A stretch of DNA of 64,000 nt from Chrysomallon squamiferum (GCA_012295275.1 CM022672.1:9548001-9612000); one strand, 5' to 3'; counted from the stretch's first letter, positions 41,395 through 57,288 are shown. The notes: generated by a model from the letters alone, not told the origin. Numbers and translations: made by a program.

Positions 41395-42053
41395 TCATTT
41401 AATTGTATTGTTAGATTGTATATTTCATTGTTTCATTATTTTGAGAGAGAGAGAGAGAGAGAGATTTATTTGAAGAAAAGAAAGAAAATGGAAGATCATG
41501 CTATCTTCCTTATGAATGAGTTAAGAAACAGCCACTTAGCAGTGTTAATTAGTCACAAGGAATCTTTCACAAATTGTATGTACTTCACCTCAAACAGGAA
41601 AACACTTAGTTACAACAGCCTTCAGTTTACCAGAGATCAACAACCTACATTTTGTTCTCCATAACTTTCTCCACAATGCATCGTCCATTGTTTAATCACA
41701 GGCAGTGTTAGGTATGTCCTTAATGTAGATGTAATTAGCAGGTGTCTGTCTTGTTAAATAGTTACAAGAATTAACTAGATAAATGTGTTTATAATAATAT
41801 TACATGCTTTGATTCATTTGAGAGGTGACTGTTGATTTAATTTTCTTAGTTATAACATTAAGATAAAATGAGATAAGATGTTGACAGAATGAAGCAGCTT
41901 CACTTATTTAACAGACCAAATTTTGTATTGTGATATATTAGGTTCTGTTTTGTTTGATTTCGGCTTTAGTCAATATAAATCTGAATATTCCTCTTTTTTC
42001 ATATCTATATGAAAATATTTGGTATTTCTTGCACTAAAGAAATGTTGCTGAGG

Positions 42054-42088
<35 letters not shown>

Positions 42089-44450
42089 TTTTTTTTAAAT
42101 TGTTTAAAACATTCTATTTTATATTTTTAGAATTTATTCTTTCTTTATTGTTATATTATTATTTTTTATTTTTTTATTTTATCATAAAACAAAATAATAT
42201 TTTAATATATATTTGTTTTACATTCCCAGTCTGTGACTTCAACTCATCAGGTTTAATTCATGAAGTTTCTGTTCTAAGGTGTAACATGTGGTTTTTGTTA
42301 GTGTCTAACAGAACAATGCCTCTGTACATACACAAGTTGTTTCAGTGTGAAATAAGTGTAAAAATTTTGTTGTTCTTTCAGTCTTAAACTTTTTTTTGTG
42401 AGAAGCCGTTTTTCTTGAATCAGTGTCAGAGCTTGAATTCATTTTCTTTAAATATTTATTGTTAATGACATGTTGGTTATGATTTTATTTTCTGTAATAA
42501 ATTTAAAAGTTTGTCATAGATATTTAAAATGACCCTAAAAGTTAATTTCTCCTGAAGCAAAAAGAAAGAAACAGAAGAAAAATAAATAAATAATAAATTC
42601 TGATAAAAATTATAGTAATCATGATTTGTTTTTTGATTTACATAAAATATCAGTTCATGTAATATAAATTGATTAATTTTCATTATATAGTTAAATCTAT
42701 TTCAAACTAGTGCTAGATTATAGAAAATTGGTTATTGTTGATGGTTCCATGTTGTATCAATTCAGTTTCTTTCTTTTTTTAATTAATATTTGTAATTGCA
42801 ATGATTTTACTGTTACTTTTTTAAAGCTTAGACAAGTTAGTGACATGCTATTTTGAACTGATGATAAACAGTTGGAATATAAATACTTTTTGTTATTGGT
42901 TTCAGACTGTGTTGTACAAGTATAGCAAAATATTTTGACTAATAATAAATAATGCATTATATTTTTCTCTTGTTGCTACTGGTTCCAAAACATGCAAAAT
43001 CTGTAAGCTGATTCAGTTCCATTGTGCTTTGTTCATTCATCAGCTACAATAGTGGTATTCTAAAGCATTTTTAAAATGTGATTTACCATAGAATATTCTT
43101 TCTTACTGTTGCAGTTTCCATAATATATTCATGATGCTATTTATACTCTGAACCTGCCAGTTGAATATCTGTTAATTCTTTCATTCATTGGCAATCTTCA
43201 CACTTCTTATTTCCACATTTAGGCTAAATTTTTTGTGTAGTGCTATGAGGAACTCAAGAAAGTCAACAAGAGGACTTTTTTTCCCCCCTTTCTGAGTGGA
43301 GTGTTAATTCTTCGTCACACTCATAAATTTTGATTTATGTAATTGTTAAATGGTTGCCATTTTCTGTATTAATAGCTTCATTGGGAAACTGATACTGTTT
43401 TTGCAGGAAAGAATAAAAATAAAACTTTCAGTGTCACATATGCTAATCTGTTTATTATTATTATTATTTGTTTTTTTTCTTAGTATTTATGTATGTTTTT
43501 TTTTTTTCTTCTTCTTTAAAAGAAAAATAAAGTTAACTTATATGTTTCCAAACAGGTGTTTCCAAGAAGAAAAAAATACAGAGGTGATAAAGAATAAATG
43601 TTAAAATAAACACATTCTGCAATGACTTCTTTACCAGCTTAGTCAACATATTTTAATCTGTTGTTATTGTCATTCAGTGGTTAAAGACTGTATAGATTCT
43701 GAGAAAATAAATCCATTAATAATGGGCTATTCGTTTTTGATTAGCAAAAAGAAGTCTCTAACACATACCTTCCCATAAAATTTACATGATGGCCTGTTCT
43801 TTTTCAAATGACAACAGACTTTTTATATACAATTTTCTCATGAAAAGTTGAATTTAAGAAATAAAGACTGAGAAAGTAGTCTAGCATAAATGTAGCCCTT
43901 GACAAAGTATTAAGAGAATATGTAATGTTTTACTTTATTTTTATAGAGAAAAACACTTACGTATGTTGTTTTGAATGTAAATTAGGTGTATATGTGTATA
44001 TGTGTATATATATACACACACACACAAGGGTACATATATATTATGTGTATGTGTATTTGAGTTTTGATGCATATTGGTTGAACCTCTCTCTCTCTCTCTC
44101 TCTATCACATTTTATCCAGAATGTTTGTGCCATCTGTGATGATTATAAAATTCAGACTGGCTGCTGAAATACAAGTGTGAATGTACATGTCCTTCACCAG
44201 AGTTATAAAACAAGCAGTAAACAGGAAGATGACAAATAACAGTATGAGACTCATGAATGAACAGTTGTTATTTTTTATATGTTTTCAAATTAAATTATCA
44301 TTCTTCTTCCCTTTAACCCATGGGAAAGTGCTGAAGCATATATATATATCATATTTCAGGTTTAACAGTTGCCAAACAGTTATTTATAGGTTTGCTGTAG
44401 CTGTACCAAAAAAATGTATTAATTTTTTTTCAGGGAGAAAACAAGTGAGC

Positions 44451-44512
<62 letters not shown>

Positions 44513-45796
44513 AGAATGGATAAAAGTGAAAGTGCCTCTCATTGTGCCACAAGCAACATACAAGTCTAAAAATCAATGACTTAATCATCGTATCACAACA
44601 TATCTATGAGTCTGTAAATGAAGCTTTTAGCCATTTTGACCCTGTTCTCCTATCAATCTTAAAGCCAGTGTATTAACCACAGTGCCACAGTGGCATCTAT
44701 CAGTCTGAAATCAAATGACTTAACCACAGTGGCATCTATCAGTCTGAAATCAAATGACTTAACCACAGTGCCACAGTGGCATCTATCAGTCTGAAATCAA
44801 ATGACTTAACCACAGTGCCACAGTGGCATCTTTCAGTCTGAAATCAAATGACTTAACCACAGGGCCACAGTGGCATCTATCAGTCTGAAATCAAATGTCT
44901 TAACCACAGTGCCACAGTGGCATCTATCAGTCTGAAATCAAATGACTTAACCACAGTGCCACAGTGGCATCTTTCAGTCTGAAATCAAATGACTTAACCA
45001 CAGGGCCACAGTGGCATCTATCAGTCTGAAATCGAACGACTTAACCAAAGTGCCACACTGGCATTTTTCAGAGTAAAAGCCGACCTCTTGACCCCTGCGC
45101 CACAAAGACTGGTTTTTTATTGATTTTGGCTTACAAGTTACAAAGTGATCTGATGCTATGTTTGTATGGACAAATGGATGACGCAAGAAGTTCCAATGTT
45201 TGCATCAGTTAAAAAAGCCAGACTTCGTCATTGCACATGATTTGTATTTTCAACTTGAAATATCGTCTTTTAAAAAGACGGGAAGACATTGCATCCTGAT
45301 GTTACACTATGACTGACATTTGTGTGATAAAATGAATATAGAAACATCTCAGTGTTTTTTTATACATGTGATTATGCAGTCTATTAACATGGGACAAATT
45401 TACTGAAAGAGATCTCGTATTTGAGATATAATTTATACACACATCAATGTGGTATATTCACACACATGCTCACACAAACATACACAAACATACACATACA
45501 AAATACAAAGACACTTGAGCAACACATAACCAATCCTTTGCTAGAATGCATTAACAAAGTACTTGAAGTAATCCAAATTAGTAAGTGTTTTTCTCTTATC
45601 ATCCTTACTGCTAGGACTTGGTAAACAGATCTGACAGGAATCATATGACTTTACATTAACTTAAGCCAGTTCATTAGGAACACTGTACAAAACTAATTAG
45701 GAAACTTTAGTTTTAGCAAAATAATTATCTTTGAATATACTCGTAGTATCTTACTGACTGACCTTGTCATTTTTGTTATCTGATTATTCAGTATTG

Positions 45797-45848
<52 letters not shown>

Positions 45849-47720
45849 CAATATAATGTTAAAAATAAGGTACATAAGAGAAGCTATGTTTGTATTTACA
45901 ACAAACAGTTGGAAGCATATTAACAGTTTAAACCTATTAAAGGTGAATTTAAATTTGCAGTATTCTGCTAGTAATAAGAAGTGATAAATTTTCATTTGCC
46001 TTTTTCTCCCCATCAGTTTTAAATAATTTTTGATGTAACATATTTTCTGTTGTTATTTATTTAATATTGTTCATCAAATTTATTTGTTAATCACAGTGTA
46101 AGTTTGTACAATATTTTATCACTGTTGTTGTTGAAAATAATATCAGACTTTATTTTTTAATGTTAATATTTAAAATAATAATAATAATAATAAAAAGCTG
46201 TGTTAATGACAGACTACACATTTTTAAACCTGCAAAACAAAAAATCTGTTAATAAAAGTAGATAAGATGATAGCATGTACCCAGGTATGTGGGGCCAGAA
46301 TATTGATCATGTTACAAAATGCACTGGGGAACAGACAACATGGGTGGCTAACAGCAAGTACTTAAAGGCTCAATGCATAACATCACCTCCCGCTTTTATG
46401 GCCATTTGTGTGTATAGCTGCTGTTGCAGATGTTGGATAACACTGAAACATATGTTATTGAGATTAGGCATTGCCACACAAAACTATAAATTGATTTACT
46501 TCTGGAGTCAATATATATGAGAGGGAAAAAAAAAAAAAAAAAACAGAAGAAGAAAATCTGTAACATGCTGGTGCACCCAACCAGACCTGAACACATTGTG
46601 GTAGAAAGAAAATATTTTTAGATAGCATCACATTATAAATTATTCGTGATTGTGTAGTTTCTAATCTCACTGCAATACAAAGTTTTATTTTAGTCAGTGC
46701 CAGATACATGTTCAAAACATTTAGTTAATGTGACTGTCAAGAAGGCTCTATGATGGAATTCTGGCCAAGAGACAAACCTTTATTTAATAACCACAGTTTT
46801 GTTTACGTATGCACTAATCTATACATCCTTGAAAAAATAACATTATTGTGCAGTTGTGTAATATCCTTGTGTTACATAATCATATCATCCTGTTTGATCT
46901 TTGCTTTCAGCTAGAAAACATCCAAACAATTAGTTCTGGCAAATCACATCTCAGTGTAACATGAAAATGCAGATAGGGAGATAACAACAGGTTGAAAGCG
47001 TAGATAACATGCAGGGATGTTCTAGTGATGTTAAATCTCGGTCAACTGACTGGGGCAGTTAAGATTAAAAAACAAAAGATAAATAAGAAGTGTATATTGG
47101 ATTTGGCTACAAACTGGTCTTGCTGCTTGCTAGACTGTCTGCTTCATAACAAAACATATATTTTATGTACATTTTGTACATACCTTGAAGTTATGTTTTA
47201 TATCAACAAAGTTTATGTGTTATGTTCATATAAAACATCACGTAAATGTGTAAATTATATCTTGCACTTTGACCTCTATATTTTATCCTACCAAATAATT
47301 ATATTTACCAAACCTTTAAAGTAAAATATAAAAAAAAAAAAAAAACAACAACAGCTAAACCATCAAATCAGACTTTTAATTAAATAGTTCACTGCAAGTC
47401 TGTATGTCTGTGAACATCAAGATGTACAAAACAGTGCTTCAAAGCAAAACCACTGTACAGACACATTTACCTACATACATAAGAATGTATTTGTTTTCAG
47501 GTTGTACTGATTATGCAGTGTATTATTACTTGTTTTCAGATTTTATCTTCACAATGCACATGTTAATGTTTTCACATATAGCGTAATACATATATTACAA
47601 AGTCAGTCCCCACTGAATAAAATGAAAACTATTTAGCCTTAAATGTATATAATATAAATAAATGTATATGTGATTGTGTATTTGAGTGTACATACAAACA
47701 CATATAGACATGTATTATTT

Positions 47721-47760
<40 letters not shown>

Positions 47761-48231
47761 CATTTATTATTCCTTTATCATTACTGAAATTATAAAATAA
47801 TAATAATAATAATGATTTCTCCTTTACTGGGAGATACACATGGTTTCCATCATCTATAACCTATATTTAGCTCTTTTTTTTTGACAGATACAAAGATGTG
47901 TGCTTTTTGCATTTCATGAATTTAACACACCTTTGTTATGTTTTACATAAAAGTCACAAGATATTCAAATATTACCTTGTTCAGATGATGATGTGAATAC
48001 ATCAGTTTACACACTTATGAATCATGTATGATATATCATATTTATTATTATTATTATTATTGTTGTTGTTTTAACATGCAAATGACTTTCTAAGGTAATC
48101 ATTCCATTCCTGGTACATGTATTCTTAAAAGATCCTTTAATCCTGCAAAGCCTGGCATCAGATGTGAAAACTAATCAACATCTGTATGTCATGAATGCAA
48201 TATACCATTATTATATTTCATATTACTCTGG

Positions 48232-48263
<32 letters not shown>

Positions 48264-49205
48264 CTGCAATATGAAGATTTATTCATAAGATATCAAAATA
48301 TTGCATAGCTCAGCTTAATTCTTCTTGCTTTTCAACATGTTTGATTTTTTGCCAAGACAGAATCAATAATAGTCATTATGTTTCAGTGTTGTGCATGCTA
48401 TCACCTTGCAGAACCGTCAGGTGGCCAATGGATACATTCACACAATCCATCACAGCACTGAAATCATCATTAAACTTGTCTAGTGTTGTGTATGTATGTG
48501 TCTTACATTTCCTTATTAGTGAAAACAAAACGTTACAGGACCATGATTATAAACACATACATATACACTAATATGTAATATATGCATAATAAGACATGCA
48601 TGCATTAAACTTACATATGTGATGTTTGTGTGTGGGTGTATAAAATGTCACATAAATACTGAAATAAAGACGAATTTACAAACAGAAAAATATATATAAA
48701 AACAGGTAAATTCCATGATTTCAGAAAGTGAAACAGAGAGTGCTCACTCTGAGGTGAATAATATATTAATAACAAAATATTTCATTATGAGAAAAAAGAA
48801 GAAAGTAAAACCTTGTTGATTTCCAATACAAAATATGTAGAAACACACATATGATGCTACTACAAAATCTTAAATGTCATCTCTATTATAGTAATTGGAT
48901 TTATTTTATGGTGATGATTTATAAAGACGATTTAGATAGCTCTGGATCTTTCTTCTGACAATTATAGATTTAGAATGGAAAATAATGTTTGTTTCCTGAT
49001 ATCAAATTGCCATTGATTAATCCATAGCAGCTGATTAAAAGTTGCTTTATTTCTGTCACAGTGGAAATCTGAGAAGTGAATTTTTGTTTTCCTCTTATTA
49101 CTTTAATGTGTGTTCATTATATGAATAAGCTGAAATACCAGACAACACATATGTAGGTTTTGATAATCAAGCTTTTAAAATTCCATTTATACCTTGATGC
49201 CAATG

Positions 49206-49240
<35 letters not shown>

Positions 49241-49759
49241 CAGTAGCTAATAATAAAGCATGTTAAGCTGGCATTAAGCAATTATTTTCCCTCCACTTTT
49301 TATATCATTTTAATGGTAAGGAAAACAAATACAGTAAAAAAAAATGCTGATAGGTGTAGCAGTTTATGGCAAATCTGCAGTCATTTGCTCACTGCTGATA
49401 ATTTTAAGTAAACAACCAAAAGTAGGTTAATCTTAGGAAGAATATATTTAATGGTCATAACATAGAGAGAAAAAAAAAGGTGGTGTTATAAATATAAGCT
49501 GATTTGCAGTTAATGAAATAGGACAACAGTAAGTAACAGAAAGCCAGTCTCAGACTGTTTAAGAATAACACACATTAGTTAATCACAGGTAACAAAGTTA
49601 AAACAGATAATTAGTTTAGCATCACTGGACCTGTTCTGATTAATCTGTGTTTTATTTAACAGGTAAGTATTTTTCCAATTATTTTTCACCTTGATCAAAT
49701 ATTAACTCAGTTCAAACTTATTTCCAGTTATTATTATTATTGTTATTATTATTATTCTA

Positions 49760-49822
<63 letters not shown>

Positions 49823-50180
49823 TTATTTATTTTTTTTTTTTTTTTTTTGCTAAGTAATTTTTCTTAAAATATGTGTGTGTGTAATGTTACTGGTCTGTCT
49901 AGAATTGCTGTTAATAATAATATCTAGTAATTATTTATATTCTGGTAATGAATTTCATTGACTAGAGACTGCTTACCTATTTAACTAATTTCTATTTTCT
50001 TTTCATATTTCAGGGTAGTCATCTAGACAACATATCAGTATTATTTTCTGCATTTAATAGAAGTTTTGTATTAGACTTGAATTTAAATAGGTAAGTACAA
50101 TAATTTCTCTCTAATTGTTTTGTTATGCTGGTTGTGTTGTTTCCATTTACTGCTCTTGTTTAAGCAAAAATGTGTTCGTG

Positions 50181-50211
<31 letters not shown>

Positions 50212-50843
50212 TGTGTGCATGTTTCTTCAATATAAAAAGTATACAATATTCTAATTTATAAAATTGACATTAGTCATTTTCTCTGTTTCATAACTATTAT
50301 GTTAAACACAGGTAAGTATCTATGATTATATAATTATTATCTATGACACTGGTAATTTTCTATGATTTTAAAATGGTTATCTATGACAGTGGTATTTTCT
50401 ATGATTTTCAAATAGTTAAAAATGACCATAGTATTTTCTAAGACACTGGTAATTTTCTATGATTATATAATTGATCTGTGACGGTGGTAATTTTCTATGA
50501 TAGTGGTAATATCCTATGCCAAAATGTTAATTTTCTCTAACTATTTTGACCTGTCTGGACAGAACGTGATTGGAATCAGTATAATACATCATTATGTACA
50601 GGGTTCATGCACTGTGCATGCAAGGCTTATTGATTTGTGGTTGTTTTTTCTAATAGCTGAATGTGTAGTCTCTTCGGGATACAATCTGCTTTTAGTTCTT
50701 TGTTCTCCTCTGTATGATTTACATTTTATTGTTATGTGTCACAATGGTATTATAATGTTAACCTTTCATTAATTTATTTATTTATTTATTTATTTATTTA
50801 TTTGTTGTTGTTGTTTTGTTATTTCTTTGAGGAAAAATACTCA

Positions 50844-50886
<43 letters not shown>

Positions 50887-51685
50887 ACGCATGCAAGTAC
50901 ATATGCATGTGTCTATAGGCCTATATGCTGTATACATATGAATGTAATGCATGTATGTGTTTGAAATCTATATCTAATTCTGCATGATTCCTATTTTTTC
51001 AAGGTGAAAAGTATAGATACTACAATAATAATCACCATGGTAAATTTAAAATTATTATAAAACAATACCAGATTATTAGAAAAATACAAAATATAATTTT
51101 TATTATTTAATTTAGTTATGTTAATTCAGCTGAGATTTTTGTTTTATTTTATTTCATTTCATTTCATTTTATATCATTTTGATTTTTTGTTAAAATATAT
51201 CTTATTAATAAACATAAAAAGTTCATTAATAATAATAATAATAATCATAAGTTCACAGTTCTTTATTTTATGGCTAATATAAGTAAATAAATAAATATTA
51301 AAAGTGAAAAAAAAAAAAAAAAAAAGTATCAGTTAAGAAACTCCTGCCAGGTTCTATCTGCTTGATAAAGAAAAAAAAATGTGGCCATATTTCAACATTT
51401 TCCTTTACTTGTGATATGTATTTAAGTCTATGAAAAAGGAAAAAAAATAAAATAAAATAACTGAGCAGTTTGTTAATGACAACAAACAGTAATTATTTTT
51501 AAAGTATGTACATCTTCTGGCATGGAAGGCATACTCTTTGTTTATGCAGCTGTTTGTATAATGTTTTATGTACAGGCACAGATTCTGGTATTTCACTGAG
51601 GAGTCTGTTCAACTGTGTTCGTCTGGAATATGTCTACACACTGTGCAAGTGATTAAATGAAAATAGGTATACAGTGGAGGGATAG

Positions 51686-51753
<68 letters not shown>

Positions 51754-53112
51754 TATTACAGTAATAAATAAATGTTTACAAACATACGTAGGACATATCT
51801 GCAAATGTAATCCTATCTATATGTTTTAAAGCTGCCTTAATTTAAACTTGCTCTGATAATATCTCTCTCCTGGCTATCTCTCATTTCTCTTTCCTTTACT
51901 CTTTTTGTTTTTAATCACCGAATTCTTGTTAAAAACGCAAGTGGAAAGATACAGAACAAACATGCAATTGTTAAAATTTCAAATTTCTTGGCATTTTTCC
52001 AGGTAGCAGCTAAAATCTACAGATTCTGATAATATACTTTGCAAAAACAAATCACACCACCTAACATTTAGAGAATCTAAGTGTTTGTTCCCTCTTCAGG
52101 TAAAGTGGTTACATGTGTTTGAAACACACATCACCAACACATCTTTCCATTGTCCAGTGGTCAGTTTCAGATTTCTTGCCCCGAGTGTTCAATTAGGTCG
52201 CAGTAAATTGGTTCCTGATGTGCTGGGTTCCAAAGATAATTTCATTTATCTGAGCTGAAACAGGTTTATACATTGTTTTACAAAGTAAACACTCTGTGCT
52301 GCTAATTTTGTGACATTAATTTTACAACACACACACACACACAGAGTATTTTAAAAGTTTATGCTTAAGTTTAAACAGATTTATAATTGTCTTACAAATT
52401 TCTAAGTTGAAATGAATTCAGTGATGGATATGTTACACATTATTTTATAAATTACTACAGTTAATTGGATGTCACCATTTTTACATTATTATGCAAATTA
52501 CACAATCTGCAGTCACTGCAGTGAATTTAATTACATATTTATACATTGTTTTATAAAGTTTTACAAAATTTGCACTAGCTACAATGTATTACTTTGTTTT
52601 AATTTCCTCATGCAGCTGGTTTGGGAAATTGGAGAACATGCTAAAGAGAGGATAACTTTTTAATTTTTTTTTTTTTTTTTTTTTTATCACCAGAGATATT
52701 ACAACCAATTCCATTATAAAGGAGGAAACAAAATACTGCAGTGTAGAAGTTTGAAATGTCAAGGGTTTTCGAGTACTTTGGTTAACATATGTGTAAAGTC
52801 AAAGAGAAAAATTTAGAAGGCAATGCTATATCTAGCATCAGAGTGCTATACAAAGTTACGCATTTACAAAGCAATCTAATTTCACAACCCAATAAACTGA
52901 CAGGACAGTCTAATTGATTTGCCTAACTGTATTCATTGATTTGATCTTTAAGTTTCTGCAGCTAAGTTAAGTGAAGGCTAATTTGTTCAAAGGGAGCTGG
53001 TGTATATTCCTAAAGCTTTTGTTTTGTCAGCTGTTTGCATTCATAGAGCAAAGTAAATAAAATAGAGAATTAAATATAGTATAAAATATTCTTATATGAC
53101 ATAGGCAACTGT

Positions 53113-53163
<51 letters not shown>

Positions 53164-53532
53164 ATTTTTTTATTATTATTATTATTTCAGTATTAACAAT
53201 ATTGGCAAAACAGAAACACATATCAGATGATGATGATGTTTTTGAACTGTTTATATTAAAATGTATGAAAATATTTCAGTAATTTTGCCTCTTCTGAAAA
53301 TGTAGTTTTTGTGTTGCGTTGATAGTTCTGACAACCCACTCACACACAACTGTCAAAACCTGCTAGTAAGTGTGAAAATCGTAAGGTTAAACATATTTAC
53401 TCACTTTACAACACACACTTCTTTAAAATAGTTTTCTTCCCAAGTAAAATTAATATTAATTAATATTTAAATATTCTTTATTGCTAAAATACTTTTTTTT
53501 AATTAATATTTATATGTTTATTTGTTTTGCTT

Positions 53533-53600
<68 letters not shown>

Positions 53601-54595
53601 AACAGATATGTTATAAATGTACCTCCTTCAAAGTATATTAGTGTGTGTGTCTACAGATTTGTTTGAGCTGCATGCACTATTTAATCATTTTAAATATTTT
53701 TATTTTCCATCAGAAATTTTCTTTGTGTAAAAACAATAAATAAATAAACAGAAATGAAATATTTTAGAGAAAAGTACTGACTGTTAAAAAACAGATAACA
53801 TGTGCACTGTGAATAAATATGAAGGTGTTAAAACAGATAAACACCCACAGTCTGGTTACACACAGTCTAGGCACACAGATAAGAGGAACAGTCTATGTAC
53901 AAAATGATAATATGATTGAATTCTTCTTCAGTACAGTAATAATAATAATGATGATGATGATGGTGATGGTAATGATGATGATGATAATAATTATAATAAC
54001 AATAACAATAAATTAATTAGTTAATAAATAAGTGAGCATGAAAAATGAAAATGATGTGGCAGACCTCTGTCCCCCCACAAATAATCTGTACACCTGTGAT
54101 CACCTGCTTAAAATATCTGATAAAGAGTTTGTGTATAACAGCTGAAATAAAGAAATAATTTTTTATTTGCTAAATTTTACCAGATTCTTTCTATTTGTTT
54201 GTCTGCCCATTTGTTTGTTTCTTTCTGTTTCTGTATCTCTCTGTCTTGTTCTCACTCTTTCTTTCTTTTTTTCCCATTTTTTTCTCTTTACCTTTCTCAT
54301 TCTCACTGTTTTTCTTTTTCTTTTTCCATTTGTCTTGGTTTTTGTCTCTCAGGCTCTCTATTTCTCTCTTGATCTTTTTTTTTTTTTTTTTTTTATAACC
54401 TTTTTCCTCTTATTTATTGTCAGGTTTGGGATGTATCTGCATTCTTTGTGTGTGTATTTGTGGTGTGAATGTGTGCATGGTTTCAAAAGTATCAGTAGTC
54501 CTATATGTGAGTATGTGTGTGTGTGTGCATGTAGTTGTGTCTAATGTAACCATAATAGCGCTAAGAAAGTTTATTTTTGTATCTAAATATGTCTG

Positions 54596-54635
<40 letters not shown>

Positions 54636-55863
54636 TATGTATGAAACATATGTATATATATATACTGTTAAAATTAACACAAGAATGTTTATTTATTTTG
54701 AAATGCTTCTCCACTGGTTATCATAGCTCTGTGATACAGGAGACACAGATACTGAGTGTTTTAGCACCAGTCTGTACCACACTGAGAACATACCTGGCTT
54801 GCTCAGCTTACAGAATTTGTCATGCCCCTAGACACCTCTGTCTGTTCCATCTCTGATACTAACACTGAGATAACATCTTTTTTTGCATTCCTATCATTTC
54901 TGAAGCATTCATGCCAGAGTTAAAAACCTGGTCTATTTTCAGATGATACCAAAAAAAAAAAAAAAAAAAAAAAAATCAAAATGCAAGTCAGCATGATCTG
55001 AACTGACTTTAAAACATTTTAAACATACACATGTGAACATGCTTATTTAACATACATATGCATATAATAAAACATTAAACAAATTAAATATATAAATATA
55101 TAAATCATGTTTATGGGATTTTACAGTAACATTTATCTGTTATTATATTTATTATTATTACTGTTATTGTTACTGTTATTATTGTTATGGTTGCTATTAC
55201 TATTATTATTACTATTTATTATTATTATTATTGCTGCTGTTACTATTAGTACTACCACAACTTTTGTTATTTGTTATTATGACTGTTATTACTATTACTG
55301 CATATTACTGGTGGTGGTGTTGTTGTTGTTTTTTAGTATATCAGGATAATACTGTTGTTCATAACATAAAAATCAGTTCATATTTTCTATATTATGAGTA
55401 AAGACATTTTAATTTATTTTCTTTTTGTAGGGACCTATTTTCCAGCTCTTATATAGAAAAACAATACCATTCCTCAGGTAGCAGTATAGTGAAACCTCAC
55501 GAAGATTTCCAGGTGAGTCTGTGTTTCATTTACATTAACAGTTCATCTCTATAAATACAGGTGTAAGAAAAAATAATTTTGAAGAAAATGCATGTGACCT
55601 CAACATTGATGCTAATACAATTATTTACTGAAATTCAGCTTCTTATTTCACCTGTGTTATATATGTGTGTGTGTCTGTGTGTGGACAAGTGCTTATGTTT
55701 ACTATTATTAAATAATCGGGGTTCATTCATTTTCAGAAAGAAAAGCACTGTTTTTACCATGGAACGATTAGGTATATACCTCAGTCACTGGTTGCAATAA
55801 GCACTTGTGAAGGACTAAGGTAATTATTTGTTTTTCTAAAGGTTAAAATTCATTATTTCAGAT

Positions 55864-55944
<81 letters not shown>

Positions 55945-57257
55945 TGAATGAACAAACATTTGGTTTTAATGTATAGTATATATTTATGTCTCTGAGTGTT
56001 TTGTGCATTGGCTGTATGTGTATATACATATTAATGTTTTTTGCATTGACAACATACATATCTGAGTTAGTGTGTGTGTGTGTGTGTATGTCTAAGTAAA
56101 AGTTAAAATATATGAGTCATAAGAAAGAAAGAATGGAACAGATATACAGGAAGACTAAATCATACAGATGTGAAAAACATGAAATTTTGTTAAAAATGTT
56201 TCAAATGCATTGGATTTTACTAAAAATAGAAATGTTATTTTCTTCAAATTTGTTTTACATTTTTTATTTGCTGTCCAGATATTATGATGTGATGGTGATG
56301 ATGATGATGATTATGATTATTATTATTACTATTATTATTATTATTATTATTTGTTTTCAGAGGCCTAGTAGCAGATGACAGAGATGTTTATCATATAGAC
56401 CATGATGAGTCTAATAAACATGTTATATTTAGAGACAGAGACAGAAAGAAAAGAGATCTTAAATGTGGTATGATTTTTAAAAATTTGGTTGTTATGTTCA
56501 TTTTATTTGCTTATCATTGTTACATTTATGATTAAATTATAAATTATACTGAACATTGTGCCAAACAATTATCTATTCCCTATAAACAAAATGAAAAGTG
56601 TTATTAATTAAACAGAATATATCAGTGGGTTTTTGCATGAAAAGTTTGCAAAGAATATACTTTAAAACATATTAAATTTAAAATACTGTCTTTATTTGTT
56701 TAAAATGTATGTGTAATTATTTTAAATTATATTAATATTATAATTTATTTATTTATTTTTAGGTACATCACACCATAGTGCCTTTGTAAATTCAGGACAA
56801 AGATTAAACTTAAGGGTAAATTTAAAAAAATTAAAATGAATATTCTGATATTATTTAACAACTCGTACATAATTAATTAATATTTTTACATAATTAGTCT
56901 GCTGTAGCTAATCTTTAAAAATAGAATTTAAATGTTACTGTTACAGCCACAAGTTTTAGTGACATTGTTCACTCAGTCTTTAACGATCGTTAGTTTTTCC
57001 TGTTTTACTTCATTTCAGCATTACTTAATTTTATTTTATTTATTGCTATTTTTATTATGATTATTTATGTATTTTTAAAAATTATTATTATTAATACACT
57101 ATTAATATATTATAATCATTATGAATATGACCATCATCTTTATAATTTTTAACAACAAAAAAAAAAAAAATGATTATAATAATAATTATAATAATAATAA
57201 TAGTTATTGCTGTTGTTATAAATTATGAAGGTGGTCATAATCATAATAATAATAGTT

Positions 57258-57288
<31 letters not shown>

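Noticed and set aside
44600-44700. Functional tRNA gene
   Set aside because: Only an A-box-like segment and a decayed B-box are present; no cloverleaf or acceptor stem can be formed.
44673-45063. Regular repeat array resembling a CRISPR locus
   Set aside because: Units are contiguous with no unique spacers, there are no cas genes, and it lies in a eukaryotic intron.
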